Origin: Candidatus Jorgensenbacteria bacterium
GTDB taxonomy: Bacteria; Patescibacteriota; Minisyncoccia; UBA6257; GWB1-50-10
Reading direction: 5' to 3'
DNA length: 64,000 bases
Assembly (NCBI GenBank): GCA_043807585.1
Contig: JAZDFV010000002.1
Coordinates: forward strand, 25,581 to 89,580
The notes under the pieces were generated by a model. It ran no database searches, was not told the origin of the DNA, and was given only the letters and a program-made list of their open reading frames with translations. Both the position numbers and the translations under genes were made by a program. This document shows positions 55,879-64,000 of the stretch, in pieces (position 1 is the first letter of the stretch; every line of letters starts with the position of its first letter).

Positions 55879-56310
55879 AAAATCACGTGCAAAAAAGTGA
55901 AGATGACCCAGGTCTGGAAAACAGACCGCGTGGTGCCGGTCACGGTACTCAAGGTGGAACCATCCGCAAGCGAAGGGATATTCGACGCGCTCAAAGAAGG
56001 GGCGCGTGTTCGTGTTTCCGGCGTGAGCAAAGGAAAGGGATTCCAAGGCGTGGTGAAGCGGCACGGGTTCCACGGCGGCCCCAAGTCCCACGGCCAGAAG
56101 GATCGTCTCCGCGCACCGGGCTCGATCGGTCCCACCGCCCCGCAGCGGGTGCTCCCCGGGCGGAAGATGGCAGGCCACATGGGGGCGCGGAAAGTCACGG
56201 TGCGGAATCTTGTGGTGGCGGAGGTGCACCCCGAGGAACGGTTGGTGTTCGTGCGTGGAGCGGTGCCGGGGGCGCGCGGTACTAAAGTAGAAATGAGAAC
56301 CGCAGAGTAG
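55876..56310 (+). CDS. rplC: 50S ribosomal protein L3 (short form)
   Basis: It is an L3 sequence shortened to 144 aa (KKVKMTQVW...[14 protein letters not shown]). Confidence 0.9.
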
Positions 56311-56462
56311 AAAATTGAAATTTGAGTCCAACCCATAAAAATTCCAAATGACAAATTCCAAATCTCAAATAATATCCAATAGCCTAAATTCCAAACTTTT
56401 CGGAGGTTGGTATTTGAGATTTGGTATTTATTTGTTATTTGGTGCTTGGAATTTGAGATTTC
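56311..56462. repeat. CCAAAT/ATTTGG word-palindrome element (copy upstream of rplD)
   Basis: aaattccaaatgacaaattccaaatctcaaat ... ggtatttgagatttggtatttatttgttatttggtgcttggaatttgagatttc. Confidence 0.75.
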
Positions 56463-56469
56463 TAAACTT

Positions 56470-57093
56470 ATGATCGTTGATGTTTTCAATCAAGAGAATA
56501 AAAAGGTGGGCACCGTGGAGCTCCCAAACACTGTGTTTGGCGTGAAGTGGAATCCGACGCTGGTTCAGCAAGTGACGGTCTCCCAGCTTGCGAACCGACG
56601 GAAGCCTATGGCGCACACGAAAACGCGCGGCGAGGTCCGCGGCGGCGGCAAGAAACCCTGGCGCCAGAAGCATACGGGGCGGGCCCGCCACGGTTCCACG
56701 CGTTCGCCGCTCTGGGCAGGCGGCGGCGTGACATTTGGTCCACGCAAGGACCGCATATTTGAAAAGCGTATCCCCATCGCTATGCGGCGCGCGGCGCTCC
56801 ACGCGGTGCTCTCCAAAAAACTTGCCGAAGATGAGGTGAGGGTCGTGGATACCTTCACGCTCACCGCGCCCAAGACCAAGCACGTGGCGGCGCTCGTGAG
56901 GTCCTTTTTCGGAAAACCTGCGAGCGTTCTTTTTGTGCCCGGGAAAGGCGAAGGAGATTTTTTCCGTGCGGGGCGTAACCTCCCCAAAACCAAAATTCTG
57001 CATGCTCGCTCCTTGAACGTGTATGATTGCCTTTCCCATCACTACCTGTTACTGGAACGGAACGCCATTGGCGAGCTCCGGGGCGCGAAGTAA
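56470..57093 (+). CDS. rplD: 50S ribosomal protein L4
   Basis: The L4 sequence is present. Confidence 0.9.
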   Translation: MIVDVFNQENKKVGTVELPNTVFGVKWNPTLVQQVTVSQLANRRKPMAHTKTRGEVRGGGKKPWRQKHTGRARHGSTRSPLWAGGGVTFGPRKDRIFEKRIPIAMRRAALHAVLSKKLAEDEVRVVDTFTLTAPKTKHVAALVRSFFGKPASVLFVPGKGEGDFFRAGRNLPKTKILHARSLNVYDCLSHHYLLLERNAIGELRGAK

Positions 57094-57124
57094 TTTTTCA
57101 TGATCATGAATCCCGTTAGAGACA

Positions 57125-57235
57125 ACTAAGATACCTACCTATGCAACTCCATATTTATAAACACAAAACATTAATTAGCAGCGAAAGGGCCGTGGCTATT
57201 ACGGTCGCCTATGGCGACCTGTCTCTAACGGGATG
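57125..57235. repeat. CCGTTAG-TIR element copy E whose right TIR contains the rplW start codon
   Basis: catgaatcccgttagagaca ... tgtctctaacgggATGaaa. Confidence 0.8.
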
Positions 57236-57604
57236 AAACTCTTCTCCCGAACCAAAAAAGAGGAAAAGAAGCCGGCGGTGACTGCGGCGCCCGCGGCACC
57301 GGCATTGCGCGGCGAGCACGCCCAGCCGCTCGAAGGGTTTTCCCCGGTCCAGCGCCCCTATGTGAGTGAGAAGACGCACGGGCTCGAGCGACACCGCGCG
57401 TACGCGTTCCTGATAAACCCTTCAGCGAACAAGGAGATGATTAAGCGGTATGTGGAGGAGCGTTATAAAGTGAACGTGGAACACGTGAACATCACCAGCA
57501 TTGCCTCAAAGGCAAAGCAGTTCCGGGGGCGCGTCCATCACGTCGGCAAGCGGAAAAAGGCCATCGTGCGGGTCCGCGAGGGACAGCGTATAGAAATTTC
57601 GTAA
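57233..57604 (+). CDS. rplW: 50S ribosomal protein L23 (N-terminally extended)
   Basis: An L23 core follows an Ala/Pro-rich N-terminal stretch of about 30 aa. Confidence 0.9.
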   Translation: MKLFSRTKKEEKKPAVTAAPAAPALRGEHAQPLEGFSPVQRPYVSEKTHGLERHRAYAFLINPSANKEMIKRYVEERYKVNVEHVNITSIASKAKQFRGRVHHVGKRKKAIVRVREGQRIEIS

Positions 57605-57650
57605 TGGCTTTGTCTAAAATTACAAGACAAAATCGCAGGAATTTTAGGTC
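57605..57650 (+). terminator. conserved post-stop hairpin gggctttgtctaaaatt-loop-aattttag (copy after rplW; others lie after rpsS, rplV, rplP and rpsN)
   Basis: The same 45-nt motif follows five r-protein stop codons (57605, 59031, 59821, 61299, 63949). Confidence 0.6.
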
Positions 57651-57687
57651 CTCGACTGAGCTCGGCCGAACGTCCCACAAAACCTTA

Positions 57688-57790
57688 CCCAGCACATAAA
57701 AGTATGAAAACATCAACCAATCTTAAAGTAATTACTTCTCGATTGAACGATTTGTACCAAGAAAGTCGCTTGGTTACTTTTATGTGCTGG
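57688..57790. repeat. CAGCACATAAA-TIR element R1 (about 103 nt, TIR cccagcacataaaagta / tacttttatgtgctggg)
   Basis: There are six copies in the r-protein operon spacers (57688, 59087, 60742, 61355, 62013 and 63592). R1, R2 and R4 are near-identical. Confidence 0.85.
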
Positions 57791-57852
57791 GTGCTCAAAT
57801 TTTCAGCAAAATTTAGCATCGCCTTCGGCTCGCAAATTTTGGTAAATTTGGC

Positions 57853-58674
57853 ATGAAACAGCACCGTCCATACACGCCTTCCCGTCGCCACATGACCGTG
57901 GTGGACTATTCGTCCATTACCGCGAAGGAACCCTTGAAGTCGCTCACGCGCCGCTTCCCCAAGCGGGGCGGGAGGAATTCCCAGGGGCGCATCACCATGC
58001 GCCACCAGGGCGGCGGCAATAAAGCGCTCTACCGCATGGTGGATTTCCGTATGAACAAAGCGGGTGTTCCAGCCAGGGTGGAAGCGATCGAATACGATCC
58101 ATACCGCACCGCTTTCATTGCGCGGCTCCTCTATCGGGACGGCGAGCGGCGCTACGCGCTTGCCTCCCATGGACTCGCGGTAGGCGATGTGGTGACAACG
58201 GGTGAAGAGGCGCCGGCAAAGCCGGGCAACCGAACGTCCCTTCAGCGCATTCCGGTAGGCACTTTTGTGTATAATATAGAGCTCTCGCCTGGCCGCGGCG
58301 GCCAGATCGCCCGTTCCGCCGGCTCAACGGTGCAGGTGCTCGCGAACGAGGACGGCTACACGCATCTTAAAATGCCGTCGGGGGAGGTTCGAAAGGTGCC
58401 ATGGAACGGCTGCGCCTCCATCGGTCAGGTATCGAATCCGGAACATAAATTCGTGACCATAGGGAAAGCGGGCCGCTCGCGGTGGCTCGGGGTGCGCCCG
58501 ACGGTGCGCGCAAAGGCGATGAACCCGCGTGACCACAAGTACGGCGGCGGCGAGGGGAGTACCCAGCGCGGCACCAAGCGTCCCAAGGACAAGTGGGGGA
58601 ATATCACCGGAGGCCGGAGGACCCGCAATAAGAAAAAGTGGTCGAGCGTGCTCATCATGAAGCGAAGATCTTAA
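57853..58674 (+). CDS. rplB: 50S ribosomal protein L2
   Basis: The L2 sequence is present. Confidence 0.95.
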   Translation: MKQHRPYTPSRRHMTVVDYSSITAKEPLKSLTRRFPKRGGRNSQGRITMRHQGGGNKALYRMVDFRMNKAGVPARVEAIEYDPYRTAFIARLLYRDGERRYALASHGLAVGDVVTTGEEAPAKPGNRTSLQRIPVGTFVYNIELSPGRGGQIARSAGSTVQVLANEDGYTHLKMPSGEVRKVPWNGCASIGQVSNPEHKFVTIGKAGRSRWLGVRPTVRAKAMNPRDHKYGGGEGSTQRGTKRPKDKWGNITGGRRTRNKKKWSSVLIMKRRS

Positions 58675-58700
58675 CCCCAACAAGCGATCCCTATAACTCT

Positions 58701-59030
58701 ATGTCCAGAAGCATTCGCAAAGGTCCGTGGGTTGACCCCAAGCTCTTGAAGAAGGTGAGCCGGCTCAAGCTTGGCGATCGCACGGTCATCAAAACGTGGT
58801 CGCGCGATTCTGAGATTGCGCCCGAGATGGTAGGGTTTGTCTTCGACATCCATAACGGCAGGCAGTTCATCGAGGTGACGATTTCGGAAGATATGGTGGG
58901 ACATCGTTTGGGTGAGTTCTCGCTGACCCGGAAGTTCGTGAAGCATGGAGGGAAAATGCAGCGTGACATCGAGAAAAGTGCCGAAGCGACCGCCGCCACC
59001 CCCAAGCCGCCCGCGCCTGCCGGTAAGTAA
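58701..59030 (+). CDS. rpsS: 30S ribosomal protein S19 (C-terminally extended)
   Basis: The S19 sequence is followed by an extended C-terminal tail. Confidence 0.9.
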   Translation: MSRSIRKGPWVDPKLLKKVSRLKLGDRTVIKTWSRDSEIAPEMVGFVFDIHNGRQFIEVTISEDMVGHRLGEFSLTRKFVKHGGKMQRDIEKSAEATAATPKPPAPAGK

Positions 59031-59086
59031 GGGCTTTGTCTAAAATTACAAGACGAAATCGCAGGAATTTTAGCAACAAAACCTTA

Positions 59087-59190
59087 CCCAGCACATAAAA
59101 GTATGAAAACATCAACCAATCTTAAAGTAATTACTTCTCGATTGAACGATTTGTACCAAGAAAGTCGCTTGGTTACTTTTATGTGCCGGG
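59087..59190. repeat. CAGCACATAAA-TIR element R2
   Basis: It is near-identical to R1. Its right flank, gtggacattcggctgagctcagtcgaagccctcg, is shared with R6 and, in inverse orientation, with the R1 left flank. Confidence 0.85.
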
Positions 59191-59262
59191 TGGACATTCG
59201 GCTGAGCTCAGTCGAAGCCCTCGGTTTTATAATCGCTCGTAAAACTCGCGAATAAAAACGGC

Positions 59263-59820
59263 ATGCCCGAAACCACCACCGCAAAACTCAAATATCTTCA
59301 CATCACGCCGCGCAAAACGCGTGCGGTGGCGGACCTCATCCGCGGGCTCTCCGTGAATGAGGCGGAGGCGCAACTTTCCCTCACCGCACGGCGCGCGGGA
59401 GTACCCCTCCTGAAGCTCCTACGTTCGGCGGTAGCGAACGCAAAGCAAGTGTTGAAGAAAGAGCCAGCCGAACTCTTCGTAAAGGAGATACGGGTGGATT
59501 TGGGTCCCCGGTTCAAACGGTGGAACCCCCGAGCCCGCGGAGCGGTGAACCTTGTGGAGAAAAAGATGAGCCATGTGACAGTGGTCCTCGGCGTCATGGA
59601 GCATCCGCGCCCGGCGCGCTTCGTGTTCCCCGAAAAACCGAAAAAGGAGAAAAAGGAGAAAAAGGAGAAACGCGGGCACAAGCACGAACATGAAGCCAAA
59701 GAGAAACCCGCTGGTGAGGCGCCCCGCGGGGAGGAGAAAAAGAAAGCGAAGGAGGAACCGTGGCGCGGCGGCGGGCGCAAAGGGTTTCTCGGGCGCTTGT
59801 TCCGGCGCAAGGCCGTCTAG
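59263..59820 (+). CDS. rplV: 50S ribosomal protein L22 with K/E-rich C-terminal extension
   Basis: An L22 core is followed by an extension containing KKEKKEKKEK. Confidence 0.9.
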   Translation: MPETTTAKLKYLHITPRKTRAVADLIRGLSVNEAEAQLSLTARRAGVPLLKLLRSAVANAKQVLKKEPAELFVKEIRVDLGPRFKRWNPRARGAVNLVEKKMSHVTVVLGVMEHPRPARFVFPEKPKKEKKEKKEKRGHKHEHEAKEKPAGEAPRGEEKKKAKEEPWRGGGRKGFLGRLFRRKAV

Positions 59821-59871
59821 GTTTGTCTGAAATTTGAAGATGAAATCGCACAAATTTCAGCAACAAACCGT

Positions 59872-59980
59872 GACCCCGTTAGATAGCGGTAATAATATGA
59901 AATTTCAATACAAAAATGGAGTATTAGGGATAACAATCGTCGAACCACTCCGAGCGGGTCCGTCCGCATCTAACGGGGTG
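59872..59980. repeat. CCGTTAG-TIR element copy G (between rplV and rpsC)
   Basis: gaccccgttagatagcggtaa ... ccgcatctaacggggtg. Confidence 0.8.
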
Positions 59981-60039
59981 CTCAAATTTATGGCGGAATA
60001 TGACTTCGCCTTCGGCTCGTAAATTTCGATAAATTTGGC

Positions 60040-60720
60040 ATGGCACAAAAAATAAATCCAACAACTTTCCGATTAGGCATTACCATCCCGTGGCGGAGCC
60101 GCTGGTTCTTCAAGCGGAGCCTCCGGTTTTTCCTTGAGGAGGATTACCTTATCCGCGAACTGATCCGCGAGAAGATTCTCGAGGCCGGTATCGCGGGGAT
60201 CGAGATTGAGCGGACCGCCGACGCCATCCGCGTGAGCATCCGCGCGAGCCGCCCCGGCCTCATCATCGGGCGCGGCGGCAAGGGCATTGACGAAATTCGC
60301 AAACTCCTGGAAAAAGAGATCCGCGCGCTCCGACAAAAAAACCGTATGACGCGCCCCTTCGCGCTCCACTTGAACGTGGAGGAGCTGAAGCGCACCGAGA
60401 TATCCGCCCCGGTGGTAGCCCAGCAGATCGCTTTCGATCTTGAGAAACGGCTCCCATACCGCCGCGTGATGAAGCGGCATCTCGAGCTCATGATGCAGAA
60501 CCGCGAGGTGAAGGGGGCAAAGATTAAGTTGAGCGGACGGCTGAATGGAGCCGAGATTTCGAGGACTGACTGGCTTGCCAAAGGCAAAATGCCTCTCCAA
60601 ACCCTCCGCGCGAACGTGGATTACGGCGAGGCGACCGCGTTCAACTCCTACGGGACCGTGGGTGTAAAGACGTGGATCTATAAGGGAGACATATTCTCAG
60701 AAAAACCCCACGAGCGGTAG
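60040..60720 (+). CDS. rpsC: 30S ribosomal protein S3
   Basis: The S3 sequence is present. Confidence 0.95.
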   Translation: MAQKINPTTFRLGITIPWRSRWFFKRSLRFFLEEDYLIRELIREKILEAGIAGIEIERTADAIRVSIRASRPGLIIGRGGKGIDEIRKLLEKEIRALRQKNRMTRPFALHLNVEELKRTEISAPVVAQQIAFDLEKRLPYRRVMKRHLELMMQNREVKGAKIKLSGRLNGAEISRTDWLAKGKMPLQTLRANVDYGEATAFNSYGTVGVKTWIYKGDIFSEKPHER

Positions 60721-60741
60721 TGAGCGTCGGTTTTTCGAGAA

Positions 60742-60845
60742 CCCAGCACATAAAAGTATGAAAATATCAACTGATTTTAAATTAATTATTTCTGTGTCAA
60801 ATGGCTTGTACCAAGAAGGTCGCTTGGTTACTTTTACGTGCTGGG
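60742..60845. repeat. CAGCACATAAA-TIR element R3
   Basis: It is a family copy with a diverged interior. Confidence 0.8.
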
Positions 60846-60887
60846 TGCGCAATTTTATGATTTCGCTGCCGCTCAAATAAAATTGGC

Positions 60888-61298
60888 ATGCTCCAACCCA
60901 AGAAACAAAGATTTCGCAAGCAGCAGAAGGGGCGCTCCCGGAGCCGCCTCGTGGAGACCCGCGGCACGACGCTCGCATTCGGCCACTTTGGTTTGCAGGC
61001 CCTTGAGGCCGCGTGGGTGACGGCCCAACAGATCGAGGCGGCGCGGAAGGCCATCAGCCACGGCATGGAACGCGAAGGGAAAATGTGGATTCGCGTGTTC
61101 CCCGATAAACCGGTAACCAAGCTGCCGCCCGAGGTGACGCTGGGGGGAGGCAAGGGCGAGGTGGACCATTACGTATTTCCCGTGAAGCCGGGTCGCATCC
61201 TCTTTGAGGTTGATGGGGTGCCGGAGAGTGTCGCATTTCCCGCGCTCCGCAACGCCGGTCATAAGCTGCCGGTGAAGACGAAGATTGTAACAAAGTAA
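60888..61298 (+). CDS. rplP: 50S ribosomal protein L16
   Basis: The L16 sequence is present. Confidence 0.95.
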   Translation: MLQPKKQRFRKQQKGRSRSRLVETRGTTLAFGHFGLQALEAAWVTAQQIEAARKAISHGMEREGKMWIRVFPDKPVTKLPPEVTLGGGKGEVDHYVFPVKPGRILFEVDGVPESVAFPALRNAGHKLPVKTKIVTK

Positions 61299-61354
61299 GG
61301 GCTTGGTATGGATTTTCAAGCCGCAGGCGCAGAAAATACATGAACCAAACCTTA

Positions 61355-61458
61355 CCCAGCACATAAAAGTATGAAAACATCAACCAATCTTAAAGCAATT
61401 ACTTCTCGATTGAACGATTTGTACCAAGGAGGTCGCTTGGTTACTTCTATGTGCTGGG
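61355..61458. repeat. CAGCACATAAA-TIR element R4
   Basis: It is near-identical to R1 and R2. Confidence 0.85.
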
Positions 61459-61519
61459 TGCTCGGTTTTATAGCTAAATTTCCGTCGCGTGCTCGCTTGG
61501 AAATTTAGATAAAAACAGC

Positions 61520-61735
61520 ATGAAAAAGAAAGAACTTCACACCTATCGTGAGAAGCCCATGCCGGAAATCGAGAAGGAGATCCGGGAAGCTCGGGCGCGC
61601 CTTGAAGCGCTCAAGTTTGACTTGGTGAGGGGCAAAGTGAAGAATATACGCGAAGTGCGGGCGGTGAAGAAGACCATCGCGCAGCTCCTCACGCTTCGGG
61701 AGGCCAGGGTGCGCGAGGGAACGCACGTTTCATAA
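61520..61735 (+). CDS. rpmC: 50S ribosomal protein L29
   Basis: The L29 sequence is present. Confidence 0.9.
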   Translation: MKKKELHTYREKPMPEIEKEIREARARLEALKFDLVRGKVKNIREVRAVKKTIAQLLTLREARVREGTHVS

Positions 61736-61739
61736 AACC

Positions 61740-61991
61740 ATGCGAAAGCTTAAAGGCACCATCGTGTCCGATAAAATGACCCGCACCCGGGTGGTGGAGA
61801 TTGCGCGAACGAAGAAGCACCCCCGCTATGAGCGCTACGTTACAGTGACGAAGCGCGTGAAGGCGGACGATCCAAAGAACGAATACAAAACGGGAGAGAT
61901 GGTGGTGATCGAGGAAACCCGGCCGCTCTCCAAGGAAAAGCGGTGGAGAATCGTTGGCTTGGTCCAAAAATCGGAGCCGAAGGCGAAATGA
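61740..61991 (+). CDS. rpsQ: 30S ribosomal protein S17
   Basis: The S17 sequence is present. Confidence 0.9.
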   Translation: MRKLKGTIVSDKMTRTRVVEIARTKKHPRYERYVTVTKRVKADDPKNEYKTGEMVVIEETRPLSKEKRWRIVGLVQKSEPKAK

Positions 61992-62012
61992 TTTTTGGCT
62001 ACCAAACAACAA

Positions 62013-62116
62013 CCCTGCACATAAATTTATGAACACGGTTTTCAACCAAAAAATGAATAAGATATCGGTCAATCGCTCTGGTTATCGAAAGCGTACGGTT
62101 AAATTTATGTGCGGGG
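62013..62116. repeat. CAGCACATAAA-TIR element R5 (diverged: ccctgcacataaatttatg ... aaatttatgtgcgggg)
   Basis: The TIRs are related and the interior differs. Confidence 0.7.
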
Positions 62117-62186
62117 TGCTCATTGTGGTAGCTGAATATTCTTCGCTACGCAGTGAGCTTCGCTTGAATATTCAGACCACAATGGC

Positions 62187-62552
62187 ATGATCCAAGAACG
62201 TTCCATCATTAAAGTGGCCGACAACAGCGGAGCGAAAACCGTCCGTTGTTTTCGCATCCCTGGGGGAACCCGGAGGCGGTACGCGCGGATTGGCGACATT
62301 CTCGTGGCCTCGGTGCAGGTCGCCGAACCCCGGAAACAGGTAAAGAAGAAGGACATCATCCGCGCCCTCGTGGTGCGTACGCGAAACCCCCTCAGGCGTC
62401 CCGACGGCTCCGTGGTGCGGTTCGATGAAAATGCCGTGGTGCTTGTGGATAAGAAAGAACCTCGCGGGACCCGCGTATTCGGTCCAATCCCGCGGGAAAT
62501 AAAAGAAAAGGGATATGACGCCATCGCGTCGTTGGCGGAGGAACTCGTGTAA
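62187..62552 (+). CDS. rplN: 50S ribosomal protein L14
   Basis: The L14 sequence is present. Confidence 0.95.
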   Translation: MIQERSIIKVADNSGAKTVRCFRIPGGTRRRYARIGDILVASVQVAEPRKQVKKKDIIRALVVRTRNPLRRPDGSVVRFDENAVVLVDKKEPRGTRVFGPIPREIKEKGYDAIASLAEELV

Positions 62553-62559
62553 CGCGATG

Positions 62560-62700
62560 CAAAACTATAAATTCATGCGAATCTACAAATATGATACGAA
62601 TATATCCGCATAAATCCGTTTCAATCCGCATAAATCCGTGTTTAGTAAATCAGCGTAAATCAGCGTCCAATAAATCAGCATCAATCCGCGTGTTTAGTAA
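62560..62700. repeat. direct-repeat word array upstream of rplX (ccgcataaatccg x2, aaatcagcgt x2, gtgtttagtaaa x2)
   Basis: Direct repeats of several words are present rather than an inverted arrangement. Confidence 0.6.
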
Positions 62701-62706
62701 AACAAT

Positions 62707-63012
62707 ATGAAAATAAAAAAAGGAGATACCGTAAAAGTGCAAAAAGGAAAAGACCGCGGGAAGAGCGGGAAGGTGGTGCATGTTAACCCGGTCACCGGTC
62801 GTGTCATGGTGGAGGGGTTGAATCTCGTGAAGAAGCACGTGCGCCCGCGCCGGCAGGGCGAGAAAGGCGAGGTAGTGCAGGTGCCGCGTTCCGTCCCCGT
62901 AGCGAACGTGGCGCTCGTCTGCCCGCACTGCAGCGCCGCGACCCGCGTCGGTTTTCGCGCCGAGGAGACCCGAAAGGTGCGGTACTGCAAAAAGTGCCGC
63001 GCGGCGATCTGA
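62707..63012 (+). CDS. rplX: 50S ribosomal protein L24 with C-terminal C4 zinc-ribbon-like extension
   Basis: An L24 KOW region is followed by CPHCS...CKKC. Confidence 0.9.
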   Translation: MKIKKGDTVKVQKGKDRGKSGKVVHVNPVTGRVMVEGLNLVKKHVRPRRQGEKGEVVQVPRSVPVANVALVCPHCSAATRVGFRAEETRKVRYCKKCRAAI

Positions 63013-63014
63013 AT

Positions 63015-63548
63015 ATGGCACACCGAACGGCAGGCAAACCAATAGAGAAAGTGGTGGTGAATGTGGGGGTTGGGAAGCTCCGTAGCCAACCGCAGTTTGA
63101 CGAGAAAGTGCTCCCCGAGGTGGCGCAGGAACTCGCGCTCCTCACGGGCCAAAAGCCGGCGCCACGGCAGGCCGCAAAAGCGGTGGCGAGTTTCAAGACC
63201 CGTGAGGGTGATATCGTAGGGTTGCAGGTGACGCTCCGCGGGAAGCGCGCACAGGCGTTCCTCGAAAAACTGGTGCGCCTCATACTCCCGCGCGTGAAGG
63301 ATTTCCGCGGCGTGGATATGAAGAATGTGGACGAAGGGGGCAATCTGAACCTTGGGTTCCGCGAGCAATACGTGTTCCCGGAGATCAACATGGAGAAATC
63401 ACGCACTCACTTTGGCTTGCAGGTGACGGTGGTCCCCGTGGTGCGGGATCGCGTCCGCGCGCTCGAACTCTATCGGTCGCTAGGGGTTCCGCTGAAGGGC
63501 TTGGTTGAAAAATACAAGCCGCAGGCGCCGCGCCCGACTTCGCATTGA
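63015..63548 (+). CDS. rplE: 50S ribosomal protein L5
   Basis: The L5 sequence is present, and its start overlaps the rplX stop. Confidence 0.9.
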   Translation: MAHRTAGKPIEKVVVNVGVGKLRSQPQFDEKVLPEVAQELALLTGQKPAPRQAAKAVASFKTREGDIVGLQVTLRGKRAQAFLEKLVRLILPRVKDFRGVDMKNVDEGGNLNLGFREQYVFPEINMEKSRTHFGLQVTVVPVVRDRVRALELYRSLGVPLKGLVEKYKPQAPRPTSH

Positions 63549-63591
63549 CGAAGTCAAGGCGGGCGGGTAGGATTTTTCAACACCAAACCTT

Positions 63592-63676
63592 CACCGAGCA
63601 CATAAAGCATTATGTTATGAATATGAAGAACAAACACCACGAGGTTGCGCAACCAAGTTCCTTTATGTGCTCGGTG
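63592..63676. repeat. CAGCACATAAA-TIR element R6 (diverged)
   Basis: caccgagcacataaagcat ... ctttatgtgctcggtg is followed by the shared flank gacattcggctgagctcagtcgaagccctcg. Confidence 0.7.
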
Positions 63677-63762
63677 GACATTCGGCTGAGCTCAGTCGAA
63701 GCCCTCGATTCCGTAGATAAATTTTCATCGTCCGCTAACTCGAAAATTTATACATAATCGGC

Positions 63763-63948
63763 ATGGCCAAAACATCCGTCATTGCACGATCCAAAAAGCA
63801 GCCGAAGTTTTCCACCCGCGTGGTTCGGCGGTGCTTCCGCTGCGGGCGGAAGCGCGGCTATATGCGCGATTTCAATCTCTGTCGCATTTGCTTCCGCGAG
63901 TTCGCGAGCCGCGGTGAAATTCCCGGGGTGAAAAAAGCGTCATGGTAA
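63763..63948 (+). CDS. rpsN: 30S ribosomal protein S14 (type Z, zinc-binding)
   Basis: It is a 61-aa ORF with the type-Z cysteine pattern CFRCGRKRG...CRICFRE. Confidence 0.9.
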   Translation: MAKTSVIARSKKQPKFSTRVVRRCFRCGRKRGYMRDFNLCRICFREFASRGEIPGVKKASW

Positions 63949-64000
63949 GGGCTTTGTTCGAAATTGCGAGCCACAGGCGAAGAAATTTCGATGACAAAAC

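Noticed and set aside
57492-57716. Predicted small ORFs inside operon spacers (MMFSYFYVLGKV... at 57492, 58867 and 61054; ...VTKRLSWYKSFNREVITLRLVDVFILLCAG at 57685, 59084 and 60697)
   Set aside because: They recur only because they lie inside the repeated CAGCACATAAA-TIR element on the antisense strand. They lack starts or SD and show no coding-like conservation beyond the DNA repeat.
1-64000. CRISPR array among the many repeats
   Set aside because: The repeats are dispersed singletons or word arrays. No array has a constant repeat unit alternating with unique spacers of similar length, and no cas genes are present.

Overview
This window is a gene-dense bacterial chromosomal segment, mostly high-GC with several AT-rich islets, and almost entirely housekeeping. 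It carries: the rpoC 3' end; rpsF-ssb-rpsR; parA/parB; two tandem type-IV-pilin/LamG paralogs; a TrpR/YerC-like regulator; groES/groEL; thyX; lemA plus a TPM-domain protein; dnaG-rpoD; a short-form alaS; tsaC; an orphan TraD/VirD4-like ATPase; efp; murC; mnmA; split comEC; aspS; ndk; the str operon (rpsL-rpsG-fusA-tuf); and the S10/spc r-protein operon in canonical order (rpsJ ... rpsN). Three tRNAs are present: Leu-CAA, Ser-GGA and Pro-GGG. The short AlaRS, the pilin-LamG fusions, the orphan coupling-protein ATPase and the weak or absent Shine-Dalgarno sequences ahead of r-protein genes are consistent with a reduced-genome (possibly CPR/Patescibacteria-like) organism; this is an inference. 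Two things stand out. First, an AT-rich islet (about 4.8-9.2 kb) sits beside tRNA-Leu together with degenerate tRNA-3'-end copies. It encodes a large helical-repeat protein with a putative caspase-like CHAT His/Cys dyad, a membrane calcineurin-like metallophosphoesterase and two small ORFs, which makes it a candidate uncharacterised defence or stress module. Second, small structured repeats pervade the non-coding DNA and some coding DNA. These include at least eight families of terminal-inverted-repeat or palindromic elements, among them intergenic 'word-palindromes' (tandem copies of a short word followed by tandem copies of its reverse complement). Several are inserted in-frame into essential genes (mnmA, alaS, fusA, efp), and others punctuate every gene of the normally compact r-protein operon.
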